Shown in pieces: positions 50,016-61,700 of a stretch of DNA of 64,000 bases (position 1 is its first letter; each line of letters begins with the position of its first letter). The notes beneath the pieces were generated by a model. The model saw only the letters and a list, made by a program, of their open reading frames with translations. It was not told the DNA's origin and ran no database searches. Source of the stretch: Rebecca billardiae RCC1528 (taxonomy: Eukaryota; Protista; Haptophyta); the NCBI GenBank assembly GCA_965240325.2, contig OZ251223.1, forward strand, positions 3,348,001-3,412,000, read 5' to 3'. Position numbers and translations under genes: made by a program.

Positions 50016-52596
50016 TCATCCGCCTTGCCCCCGCGCACTATCTGCTGGCGGCAATGTCGCCAGCTCGATCAAGTCGGCAAGAAGCGCATGGTTCTGCTGC
50101 GTGCAGCCAATCAGGATCTGGAAGGCCTTGCAGAAGCCGTCGCGCTCATGCCGCTCGCGCATGCGAACCTCGAGTGTCTCGCCCGCCGCCACAAAGAGCG
50201 CCGCGCACGGATCAGCGGCCGATGCCCGGACCTGAGCGCAGTGGGCGCGAGTGCATGCGTGCGCGTGTGGGTGGATGAGCGGCCATCGACACCCGCGGGG
50301 CCGGCTAGGTGCACGGGGAGCGCGCCCGCCCCCCGCGCTCGCACGCGCGCACGTTCTGGATCGTCGAGAGCAACATGCTCACCAGGAGCTCGCCGTCTCG
50401 TGTCCAGCGAATGGCCTGCCCCGCACGGAACGCACGCGACACGGGATGCGCACAGGTCGCGCGGGGAGCGCGGCGCGGATCAGCCGACGCGGGGCATGGG
50501 CGGCCGCCCGCGCCGAGGTGCGGAGCGCACGTCGACGCGCGCACCGGCTGCGCACTGCCGAGGCTGGGCCCGCCCCACTCGATGCCGAGAGACACGCTCG
50601 CACTCGTCGTCAGCCCCGCAGACGAGATGGCAACGTCACGCGGCTGGACGAGGAAGCGCACGCTCTGCAGCAACCAGCCCTCGGGAGTGCCCAGGGCCTG
50701 GCGCGCCGCCTCGCGCCGCGCGCGTCGATTGGCCGCGGCAGTCGTCGCCGCCGCTGCTGCCGCCGCTGCCGCCGCCGCCGCCGCCTCTGACCCCGGAAGC
50801 GCGCCGCTCGCGCCAGAGCGCGCGCGCCCACCGCCGCACGTGGCCGGACCACCGCTCGGCTCAGACCGAACGTGCGCGCGCTGCGGCAGTTCGAGCGAGC
50901 GCGCGGAATCCTGCAGGAAGCTCACGTCGACACCGTCGGCGCTCGGTCGCTCGCCGCGGGCATGCGGCCCCAAGCTGCTGTTCGCAAGGCTGTCGGCACT
51001 CGACGGCCGTGCGCGGGCGACAGGCGAGCGCGGGGCGGCCTCGGCTGCGGCGACGCGCGCCATCGCTCCCCCGGTGCCGCCGCGGAGGGATGCGCTCCAC
51101 GCCGTGGACGCTACGAGCAGCGGGGGCTGCGCGGGCGACGGCATGCTCACCTCCGCGCCACCCGGCGTCTCCGAAGTGCACCCCGCCGCCCAGGTGCGCT
51201 GCGCCGACGCCGAGCGCGCCGCGCGCGGCAGCCGCCCCTGAGCTCCGGGCGAAGACAGGCGGCGGGACGCGCAGCCGGGCGCAGGCCCGAGCGGGGAGCC
51301 ACCAGGGATGGCTGCCGGCCTGCCGACGGGCGCATCGCCGAGCGAGAACTGCGGGTGGTCCCACGCGATGGGCGTGAGCACGCTCGAGAGGGGGTCCTCC
51401 TCGTCCTCCTCACCGCTGCACACGCCGTCAGCGCCGCCGCCGGGCGTCTCGCCGGCCATGAGCGTCGCATGCACATTCGGATCGGTCGCCAGCACGCGCG
51501 CGCGCGTCTCGCCGCCGAGCGCGAGCGCTTCCGCCAGCACGAACGGGACGCCGTGCTCCCCGCCGCGAGTGGGCGACCGGCCGCTCGCGTCCAGCCGCGG
51601 CCGGGCCGCCGATGGCCGCCTGGCGGGCGCGCTGCCATCGGCCGCTGAGCGGTGGGCGCACGAGTCTGCGCCCGAGCGCGGCTGCGTCGGCGGTGGCGTC
51701 GGGAGCTCGGCCTCGCGCCTGCGGTGCGAGAGCAAGCGCTCGTGGTCGCGGAAGCGCAGCTCCGCGCGGCGCGAGCGAGTGGGCAGCGCGCCCCCTGCCG
51801 CCTCGTACAGGTGGCTCAGCTGCACGAGCGCGAGCCCACTCGGCGCAGGCTGCGCGCACGCCGCGCTGGGCACGCGCGCGGGCGCGAGCACTGAGAGGCG
51901 CGGGAGCACGTAGCCCAGATTGTCCGCGAGCTCGGCGTGCTCGAGGGGCTCCCAGTATACTTGTGAGAGGTCTACCGCCGCGCACTGCGCCGCGCCGCCG
52001 CCCACGCGCTCGCGCGCCTCCGCCGCCGCGCGCACGTGATGCAGCAAGCAGGCGAGCGATGCGCCGCTGTGCAGGTCTGCCCCGAGCGTGCGGTGGTGCG
52101 GCGCGCTGATGGACGGGCGCGAGAGCCCGCGGCCATACGCGCCGAGGACTGCGTGTGCCCACGGCAGCGTGTCCACCGCGTGCCGCCGCGCTGCCCGCTC
52201 GGCGAAGATCGCAAAGAGCTCGGAGAGAAATCGAAGGATCAGCTCGCGCGGCGCGCCGGCGTACAACTGCTCGGCGGTGGGCATGTGCCGCGCGGAGGGG
52301 CTGTAGCGCCATACGACACAGAGCGCCTTCTCGATGTTGCCCATCGCCGCCGCCGTGGCGCGCAAGTGCCGGTGGCTGTTGATGCCGGGACCCTCGAGCA
52401 GGGCGGCGTCCGCCTCGGGTGCGATGCGCCGCAGCAGCTCGATCAGCGTGATGCCGTCCTGGAAGGCGCTGTGCACGTCGGCCTCTGTCAGAGGGAAGCG
52501 CGTGCACTCAGGGTACTGCGGCAACGACAGCGAGTTGAGCCAGCTCGTCACCACGGCCACGCCGTGGCGCTGGCCGCGCGAACTGGCAGGTGCCAT
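50016..52596 (-). CDS. Calponin-homology (two CH-like domains) cytoskeletal protein with a possible C-terminal PH-like domain, 3 exons
   Basis: CH1: SWLNSL..AFQDGITLIELL..GNIEKAL. CH2: DLHSGASLACLLHH..DNL. Introns 50544-50416 and 50352-50232; final exon VRASAADP..RDGFCKAFQILI..GG* ends at 50016. Confidence 0.72.
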
Positions 52597-52734
52597 GCCA
52601 GCTGAGCACGAGCGCGGGAAGAGCCTTGCCCTTCCTTTCCGCCAGTTTCCAAAACAGCCTTGTGCCTCAGAAGTTGCCGCCTGCCGGGGGCCGCCCGGAC
52701 TCCCTCGGTCCCGCGGCCGTTGCGCACGCCCAGC

Positions 52735-53145
52735 ATGGCGGTGTGGGGCAGGCTGGCTGATTTGGATGGGCCCCCTGGCGGGAAGGAGCGCTTGGGAGCC
52801 GAAGGCGAAGCAGGCGACGTCGAGGGCCGCGTCGAGAAGCTGCGCCGCGATTTTATCGAGCGCACCGAGAGGAAACTGAGCGGCCTGAGGGAGGACCTCG
52901 ATGCATCTGCAGGCTCCCTGGAGGCGGTGCTCGCAGACTTTGCGCGGAAGGCTGAGGAGGAGGAAGCATGGGTCGAGACGCAGCTCGCGGCGAATCGCGC
53001 GCGTGATCTCTCCACATCGCAGCTGAACGGAGACGATGGGCTCAGCGCGGAGGAGTCGCGTGAGCTGGACGCCAGGAGTACATTATGCGATGCGCTCGTG
53101 GAGCGTACGGTTTTCAAGGACATTGGGCCGGGATGGAGATTCTGA
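52735..53145 (+). CDS. Small acidic coiled-coil hypothetical protein (136 aa)
   Basis: MAVWGRLADL..VEKLRRDFIERTERKLSGLREDL..; GC3-rich codons; divergent from the CH gene. Confidence 0.6.
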   Translation: MAVWGRLADLDGPPGGKERLGAEGEAGDVEGRVEKLRRDFIERTERKLSGLREDLDASAGSLEAVLADFARKAEEEEAWVETQLAANRARDLSTSQLNGDDGLSAEESRELDARSTLCDALVERTVFKDIGPGWRF

Positions 53146-54244
53146 GATTCTGAGATCCCGCGCTCCCGACGCCCCAGCAGGCCCAATGACGTCGTCGTCA
53201 GGTTTGATGTCGGAAGAAGAGTCCGGCGATTGATGACAGCCGAACGTCATTTGCGTCATCTGCTGCTCTACGGCTACTGCCGCTACGCCAGGCCCGGCGC
53301 GTCACTGCCGCCGACCGACAATCAGCAGCAACCTGCAATGTGATGATGTGACTGATCCGACATTCCGAGGCCTGACCGCGGTGCGGCGCACCGGCGCACG
53401 CCGGCGGCACGGGCATACGCGCTGCTGTCGTCTCCTGTGCGCGGCGGAGTCACCGATCCTCACGGTCCTGCGCGCACTACCTGCGCGTGGACTGCCCGAT
53501 GACGCGGTGGCTATTACTCTGTACCGCGTGCGGCGTGGTCAGCCGCTGACTGACGGTTCGGCCGTAGACTCGCGGAAGTGAGCCGATGACGTACGGGTCA
53601 ACGGGCTACGGCGGCTGCCGCGTAGTACCGTGTACGTCTGCATGCCAGTAACTTTGATAAATTCTGTAACTGTAGTACGCCCCGCCGCAATTAGGTCGGG
53701 CGTCAGTCGGTCATTAATTGTCACTCACCGGCGGTCACCGGCCCACGGCCACGGGCGGTCCGACCGACTCTCGGTGACCGGGAACAGCATCAGAGACTGG
53801 CATGAGCCACCGGCACCGTGTGTCCCGGTAATGGCGGTAACCGGCACGACGAAGTCCTGCCGGCAACGCCAACGGTCCCCTAGATAGTATTAGTAGTCAG
53901 TAGATAATATTCTTAGATATTATGGCCCGCGGTGCAGGGCGGAGCGCGCAGCGTGGAGCCCGCACCAGCGGGCCCGAACCACGTTTCAAAAAGATCTTTG
54001 ATCAAGAAAAATAAAGGGACGGGGGGCGATTTTTAGGGCTGGCGGAGACCGAGTTTCGAGTTTTTGAGATCGCATAGAGAGGTCTATTAGGCCGAAAATA
54101 AGCGCGTCCAGCTGATTCCCTTAAGTAAAGTGCGATCTGGACGTCAGCTGGACGTGACATTAGTGTAACGGTTCGTTACGAGCGCGATTTTAAGTATGAG
54201 ATTGCCGCCAACCGCCAACCGATAAAAACGGCAAGGCAAGGGCT

Positions 54245-54389
54245 CGGGAAACTTGATCACTTGTAAATGTGAATAGTAAAATGCTCTCCCCGAGCGCGCC
54301 TGTCGCCTCGCAGGCGCACGGGAAACTTGATCACTTGTAAATGTGAATGGTAAAATGCTCTCCCCGAGCGCGCCTGTCGCCTCGCAGGC
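54245..54389. repeat. Tandem duplication, 74-bp period
   Basis: cgggaaacttgatcacttgtaaatgtgaat(a/g)gtaaaatgctctccccgagcgcgcctgtcgcctcgcaggc at 54245 and 54319; one substitution. Confidence 0.9.
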
Positions 54390-55800
54390 CGCGCGTCTCG
54401 CCCTCTCCTCGCTCCGCTCTCCCCGAGGCTGAGCTCGCGGCCCGCCTGTCACCTCGCAGGCGCGCGCCACGGACACATGCGCGACGAGATCGCGGCGGGG
54501 GCGGCGAGATCGCGGCGGGGGCGACGGGCAACAACCTGCCCGCGGGCGCGTTCGTCACTCGAGGAGCAGCGCGCAAGGGCGAGCCGAGTCCGGAGCACGC
54601 GAGCTCGTCGCTCGCCGACCGGAGCAGAGCGCGCCGCCCGCCGCCGCCGAGCGAGCGGCGCGGCAGAGCTGATGAGCCGGATGCGCCCGGAGCTCGCGCG
54701 GCTGAAGGGCGAGCTCGAGCACGCGAGCTCGCGCCTCGACGCCGAGCCCGAGCTCCTCCTCAACTCAGTCGACGGCGGCCCGGAGCAGAGCGCGCCGCTG
54801 CGAGCGAGCGGGCAGCGCGGCAGAGCTGATGAGCCGGATGCGCCCGGAGCTCGCGTGGCTGAAGGGCGAGCTCGAGCACGCGAGCTCGCGCCTCGACGCC
54901 GAGCGCGAGCTCCTCCTCAACTCGGTCGACGGCGGCGCGGAGGTGCAGCAGCGTGAGGACGAGCAGGAGCATCAGTGAAACGCGCGCCGGTTCCGGGTCG
55001 CGCAGCGGCGCCCAGCTGCCTGCCACGCGAGCGGCGGCCACGTGGCGCGAGGAGGCTGCGTGGGGAAATCGCCGCGCGCGTCGACGCGGCGATCACCGGG
55101 CTGCAGGCCTCGGCAATCGACGCGGTGCGCACCCTCGCCGCCAGCCGCGACGACTCCGCCGTCGAGCTGCAGCAGCTGCGCGCGCAGATGCCAGAAGTGC
55201 CGATGGGCGGCGGCGTATCAGCAGGCTGACGTGCACGAGCACGTGACACGCGGAGGCGCTAGGCGCCAAGCTGGCGAAGTGCGGCGCCGAGCTCGACGAG
55301 CTGAGCGACGCGGCAACGGACGCGCTGGGCGCCCGCGCCGCCATCGTCGCGGCGCCCTCCAGCAGCTCGAGCAGCTGTGGATAGTTGGCCGTCGAGGCGA
55401 CCGCGGGTGTGACTCACAGTGTGAGTGAGCCGGCGCGCGGCTCAGCCTGCCGCTGGCAGCCGCCGTCTTCGAGGCCGACGCGGCGGAGGAGGCGGCGGGC
55501 GAGCACGGCGGCGCGGTGGAGCAGGCGCGCACGCGCGGCGGCAGGCGCGACGCGCCGCTCGCCTCGTTCCACCGCCCCGAGCTCCGCTCGGTCGGTCTCG
55601 GTGCGAGGCTGCGCAGCCGGCAGGCCGGGGCCAGCAGTGGCGCGCGCTCTCGCTCTGCCGGCACGAGCGACCAGCGGCCCGTCGTCGAGCGCATGGCGCA
55701 GGGCGAGTACCTCAAGCAGGTGCGCCCGCTCGCGCGCACGCGCCGGCTCGCGCCGCGCCAGCGCCTCTCGCCCTGCCTGCGCGCGCGCGCCGGCCGCTAG
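54356..55800 (+). pseudogene. Fragmented coiled-coil protein pseudogene with an internal ~157-bp duplication
   Basis: Coding-like blocks in different frames with stops: ELMSRMRPELARLKGELEHASSRLDAE (twice, ~54620-54937), LRGEIAARVDAAITGLQ, AKLAKCGAELDEL, VVERMAQGEYLKQ followed by a typical GTGCGC donor at 55720 with no downstream exon. Confidence 0.6.
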
Positions 55801-56825
55801 TCCCCGCGGCGGCCCGCGGACCCGCGGCGACAGTCCTCGGCCCGCCGGCCCGGTGGGCGGCAGTGACTGAGTTGGCGGTGGCAGCTCAGGCGAACTGTTA
55901 CACATGTCAGACTGAGACAGCAGCCGACGGAGGGTGCGCCGCGGGCCCCGAACTACGTTCGTTCTACGGAAAAAGACCGCGGAACGCGGTCATAGTTCAT
56001 CTTATGGAATAACCGTCTGAGTATACTGATACTACTCGGGACTCGGCGCGGACTCTTCACTTACTAGTAATACTGACGTGATATGCCCGTCACTGCACGG
56101 CATTTATCAGACTACGAGGAGGAGTTCCGGGTTCGGTCCGAACTTCGGTCCACCCCCCCCACTCCCCAGTCCGGGAGCGTTACATCTTGACACTGCAATC
56201 GGCGGGATCGCCGCCTCTGATCACGGATCTACGATTATAACGATAGCTCCTAGACCACCCCAGGCGGTCCCTTGGAGTTGGACGACATTACGGCCCTGAG
56301 AGTGAGATGCCAGATGGATCATCAGCCAGACCTCCAATATTAGCAGGTTCAGGCTCTATGGTCTATAACTAAATACCCAGTCCGGGCCCCATTTTCGCAT
56401 ATATATAGGTGTCCGGAACGCTCACGGACTGAGTGCTGAAAGTCTGAGTCAGGGACGGGTAATTATATAGTAAAAATAGAGTCTGAACCAATATTGGGAG
56501 GTGGTCGGATGCGACATTTCTCGTTGAAGTCATCAATCGGGGGTCGGAAGCCGGACTCTGGTCACTCTGCTGCATCAGTGCATGGTCCGCTTGGTTGACT
56601 TCGGCTCGGTCAGGGGCCAGGGGGGCCCAAGACGTATTCCGGGTACTAGTCGTACTAACGGATCGGCTCTGGGGGGGGCGGTGGACCGGAGCCGGAGCCA
56701 CGAGCAGTGAAACGGTGGCTCGTGGACAGCCTGCGACAGTCCCTGAGTGACAGTGACACGGTGTCCAGTGTCAGACCAGCAATCTGAAATGTCTGCCTGG
56801 GAACTCGGAGTCCCGACCGTCCGGT

Positions 56826-58349
56826 TCATCGTCGTGTACCGTACTCGCTGAGATCCGACTCGGACGGAGTCGGCGGGATGTCCTCGCCGGAGTCCCCCTC
56901 TTCCTCCCCCGACTCCTCCACGGGGGGCAGCGGGCACGAGCTATTGCTGCCGATCGAGGACGCGCGGCTCCGGGTGAGTACACGCCGCGCTGTCTGGTAT
57001 CGCAGGAGCGCGGCCGCGTACTCGAGGCAGGTGCCGCTGTCGCCCGAGTCCGGTGCCCCGGCCAGGGGCGGCATCGGGATCGTCGTCGCGCGCTCGCGCA
57101 GGTGCTTGATCAGCGCCTGCGACTGCAGCGGGGCGCGCGGCGCGGACATGCGGCGCGGCGTGATGGACAGCCGCGGGAGCGGCTTGGGCTGCTGCACGAG
57201 CGCGCCGGAGCGCGACACCGCCCACAGCACGCCCGACAGGATGAGCGAGACGATGCCGGCGGCGGACATGGGCCGCCCCATGGACGGCGAGCCGTTCACG
57301 AGCGCGGCGCCGATCCACTGCGGCACGATCTTTATCCCGCTCACGATGCCCACCGTCAGCGTGGACGTCATGTACGTGAGCCATGTGCAGTTCACCTGGT
57401 AGACTGAGATGAGCAGCGCGCCGCCGAGCACCAGGGCCAGCACGCCGGCGCCGCCGTCCCAGAGCGCGCTCCAGAACGGGTGCATCTGTGCGGCCGGGCC
57501 CTCGAGCCCGATCGCGATGATCGCGGTGGTCACCGTCGCGATCGCCAGCTTGAGGCACGTGATCTCAATCGACGAGATCTCGCCGATCCGCTCCGCCGCC
57601 GCGGCGAATCGAAGCGTCGCGCGCCGCAGCGTCGCAAAGCAGAGCCCGAGCAGCGCGGGCGACGTCAGGTTGATGAGCACCGGTAGGATCATCGCGCGCG
57701 GCTCGTCGAAGTCGGCGCTGAGCTGGATGGCGAGGCACGTCGAGCCGACGAGCGAGAGCGCGCACGCCACCCAGTCGCCCGCCGACACCGGCCGCTCCTT
57801 GTTGAGCAGCCATGCGGCGACCACCGTCCAGACAATGTCTGTCGCCTGCAGCAGCACGTGCGTCGTCGTCGGCAGCACCTGCAGCCCGATGTTGGTGAGG
57901 CTGAACTTCAGGCCGAAGAGGACGCCCACGGGCGTGCAGATCCGGACCTTCTCAAAGAGCCCCGGCCCGAAAACCCACGACTTGTGCAACGTGTCGCCGC
58001 CTGCGCTGCTCGTCGACATGGGCGAAACGGGCGACACGGCGGCGCCATTGCTCTCCATGTCTGTGGAGAAGGGCGACGGGGGCGAGGCGCCCTGCAGGAG
58101 CGGTTGCCTCGCCGTCGTCTGTATGCGCGCGCGAAGGCGCGCGTCGCACGCCCACTCGAGCACGTTGGCCACGATCAGCAGCACGGCTGACGCGGCGAGC
58201 TGCGTGAGCGTCGTCGCCACCGGGTACGGGAAGCACGCAAAGACGCGCTTGTTGTAGATGGGGAGGGCAGAGACGAGGACCCAGAAGAGGAGGGTCGACG
58301 CGGCCACGGCCGCACGCTTACCGGCTTCGTGCGGCGCCGGCGGCGCCAT
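56826..58349 (-). CDS. Triose-phosphate / nucleotide-sugar transporter family (DMT, SLC35-like)
   Basis: PIYNKRVF..FPYPVATTLTQL, SLTNIGL, TSTLTVGIVSGIK; about 10 TM helices; disordered C-tail. Confidence 0.85.
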   Translation of the reverse strand: MAPPAPHEAGKRAAVAASTLLFWVLVSALPIYNKRVFACFPYPVATTLTQLAASAVLLIVANVLEWACDARLRARIQTTARQPLLQGASPPSPFSTDMESNGAAVSPVSPMSTSSAGGDTLHKSWVFGPGLFEKVRICTPVGVLFGLKFSLTNIGLQVLPTTTHVLLQATDIVWTVVAAWLLNKERPVSAGDWVACALSLVGSTCLAIQLSADFDEPRAMILPVLINLTSPALLGLCFATLRRATLRFAAAAERIGEISSIEITCLKLAIATVTTAIIAIGLEGPAAQMHPFWSALWDGGAGVLALVLGGALLISVYQVNCTWLTYMTSTLTVGIVSGIKIVPQWIGAALVNGSPSMGRPMSAAGIVSLILSGVLWAVSRSGALVQQPKPLPRLSITPRRMSAPRAPLQSQALIKHLRERATTIPMPPLAGAPDSGDSGTCLEYAAALLRYQTARRVLTRSRASSIGSNSSCPLPPVEESGEEEGDSGEDIPPTPSESDLSEYGTRR

Positions 58350-58724
58350 CAGCCGGCTCGTCGCCGTCGTGAGAGGCCGCGGCCGGCAGCGGCGCGGCGT
58401 GCTGCTCCCAACTCACGCTTATTGACGTAAGGAACAAGCAGCAAGGCTTTGTTGATGAGCGAAAGACTCGTAAACTACTCTTTATGATACGATTGAACCC
58501 CCTTGATGATACCCCCATACCCCCATATCGTGAGTATTCCGATAGATACAGTACGCGTACCCAGTCCGGTTTTCGCGTCGTGCGGCTCATGCCCCCTTGT
58601 CCCGGATTGGCTTTCAGCGCGGGGCAGCAGGCGGGGTGGCGGCCCTAACCCTGGTGCGGCCGAACGCGGGACCGCCCCTTGGCGCGGAGCGCGCCAAGGG
58701 GCTGCTGGCGCCGCCTGAGGCAAA

Positions 58725-61700
58725 ATGGGCGACTCCGAGGAGGAGACGGAGTACGAGGAGGGCGATGAGTCCGGCCGCTTCAGCCGGGTGTGTGCACGTG
58801 CTCGCGCGGCTGATTCGCGGCGCCTCGCAGCGCAGCAGCGCTCATTCGTACCCGGTGCCCGTGGCCCCGCGCAGTGCGCCGGCGAGATGCTCGGCGAGGG
58901 CAGCTTCAAGGTCGTGTACAGAGGATTCGACCACGAGCAGGGCCGGGAGGTTGCGTGGAACGTCGTCAAGCTCGCAAAGGGGAATTCGCAGGCGGAGAAG
59001 CAGATTGAGGTCGAGATCGAGCTGCTGCAGAACTTGCACCATAAGAACATCATCAACTTCTACGGGCACTTCCACGGGCATAACGGACGACTAGTCTTCA
59101 TCACCGAGATGATGACGTCGGGCACGCTCAAAGAGTGCGCGCCGTGCCGCCGCCCCCCTCGGCTGCTGAGCGGCGCAGATCAGGGCTCGCAGCGTTGAGC
59201 ACCCCAACCCGTGCTCCATGCTTCCGCGCGGCTGCGGCTGCGAGGCTGCGCGCCCGCGTGCATGCGCCCTTCTCGGCATCCTCGCGCGCGCGCGTGCGCT
59301 CACCACCCGCCCTCGCTTGGCGCCGTCGCGCCTCCGCCTCCGCCCGCGCGCGCAGGTTTGTGCGCAAGCACAAGCGTGTCAAGCGGAAGGTGGTGAAGGA
59401 CTGGTGCCGGCAGATTCTCGAGGGGCTCATGTTCCTGCACGACAGCAAGATCATCCACCGCGACCTGAAGTGCGACAACATCTTCATCAACGGGCACGTG
59501 GGCGAGGTGAAGATCGGCGACCTGGGGCTCTCCACCTCCGTCCGCATCGTGTCGCACGCCGCGAGCGTGATCGGTGCGCGCTGTGCGCAGCGCACCGGCG
59601 CTGCTGCGCGCTGCACGCGCGGCGCGGCACCCGCTCGGACCAACCTCGGTCGTGCCCTGACGCATGTGCTGCGCGCTCGGCGGCATGGCCCCTCGCCCGC
59701 GCGCCCGCCGCGCCGCGCAGGCACGCCCGAGTTCATGGCGCCCGAGATGTACAACGAGAAGTACGACAAGGGGATTGACATCTACGCGTTTGGCATGTGC
59801 GTGATCGAGATGGTCACCAACGAGTACCCGTACGCCGAGTGCCAGAACCCGGCGCAGGTGTACAAGAAGGTGACGCAGGGCATCAAGCCGGCCGCGCTCA
59901 CTCGCGTCGCCGACCCGGACACGCGCGAGTTCATCGAGTCCTGCATCGAGTTCGACGTGGAGAAGCGCAAGTCCGGCCCGGAGCTGTACGCCGCGCCCTT
60001 CCTCTCGGAGAACTTGGACGAGGACAACAAGCCGGTGGCGATCGCGGAGGTGGTCAAGATGCCCGCGGTGCCGGAGCACGAGGCCGCGGCGCAGGCGCAG
60101 GCGGCGGCGCAGGCGCAGTCGCGCACCGCGGCGCAGGCCGATGCGCAGGCGCGGCCACCGCCTGCGCCCGCGCAGCCAGCGCCGGCCGACCCGGCGGCGC
60201 CGAGCGCGCCTGCTGGGCCACAGCCGCCAACGCCGGCTACGGAGGGCGCGTCGGCCGCCGCCGCCGCGCCCACGCCGGCGAATGGCGCCTCGTCCGCCTC
60301 GACGGTCGCCGCCGAGCGGCCTCACGCATCGCCGGACCACGAGGTGACTGCAGACTCGTTCCGACGCGCGGCCGATGATGCTGGGGCGAGCCGGCGTGCT
60401 GCCGACGAGGCGGCGGCGGCGGCAGCGGCGGCGGCGGCAGCGGCGGTGGCGGCGGCGCGCGCGCAGACCGCGCACCAGCCCGTGGATCTGCAGAGCGTGT
60501 CGAGCGTCGAGGGCGCGGCCGAGACGGCCAGCATCGACCTCGAAGGGAGCGTGATCGTCAGCGAACACGGCGGCGAGATGGCGCGCGACGCCCAGATCGA
60601 GATCTCCCTCACCGTCAGCATCCAGGGCCAGCGCAAGGAGGTGAACTTCGTCTTCGCGTACAACCGCGATACGCCGGAGAAGGTTGCCGAGGAGATGCGC
60701 GACGAGTTATCGACGGACGAGTCCACCGAACGGATCGCCGGCATGATCCGCGAAGAGATCGCCCGCCGGCATTCAGGCATTGACGCGCCGCCCGCGCGAG
60801 GTGCCGAGGCCGACGCGCCACCGCCGCAGCAGCAGTGGCAGCAGCGCGTCGAGCAGCAGCCGCCGCCGCCGTCGCAGTGGCAGCAGCCCCAGCAGCAGCC
60901 GCCGCAGCCGCAGCAGCAGCAGCCGCCGCAGCAGCAGTACTACGAGCAGACGCTGCAGCCGCAGCTCAATTGGCCACAGCAGCAGCCGTCGCAGTCGCAG
61001 CCGCAGCAGCCGCAGCAGCAGTCGTGGCCGCAGTATCAACCGCAACAGTCGGCTGACGCCGGCGCATCCCAGCACCAGGGGGTGGCATTCGGCCAGCTTT
61101 ACCAGCAGCAGGCGCACCCTCAGTACCAGCAGCAGCAGCCGCAGCAGCAGCCGCAGCAGCAGCCGCAGCAGCCGCAGCCGCAGCCGCAACAGCAGCAGCC
61201 GCAGCAGCAGCAGCCGCCACAGCAGCAGCAGTACGCACCGCCGCCGCCGCAGCAGCAGCAGCCATCGCAGTACGCACAACAGTCGCAGCAGCAGCAGCAG
61301 CAGCAGTACGCTCAGGCGCACTCACAGCAGCACACGCAACAGCAGCAGTGGCCGCAGCAGCCGCAGCAGCCGCAGCAGCCGCAGCAGCCGCAGCAGCCGC
61401 AGCAGCCGCAGCAGCCGCAGCAGCCGCAGCAGCCGCAGCAGCCGCAGCAGCCGCAGCAGCTGCAGCAGCCGCAGCAGCCGCAGCAGCCGCAGCAGCCGCC
61501 TCAGCAGCCGCAGCAGCCGCAGCAGCAGCAGCAGCAGCAGCAGCAGCCGCCGCCGCAACAACCATCGCAGTACGCACAGCAGCCTCCGCAGCAGCAGCAG
61601 CAGCAGCCTCCGCCGCAGCAGCAGTACGACCCGCAAGCCTGGCAGTCGCAGCAGTACTTCGAGCACCAGCAGAGGCAGGTGCAGCCCGCCCAGCAGCAGT

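Noticed and set aside
54669-54710. CTGATGA-GCCG..CGGC-TGAAG, hammerhead-like and repeated
   Set aside because: The core lacks GAAA, and the sequence reads as coding (ELMSRM..RLKG).
58643-58652. CCCTAACCCT telomere-like motif
   Set aside because: Under two units, located in a promoter; may be chance or a telo-box, and is not a telomeric array or supported template.
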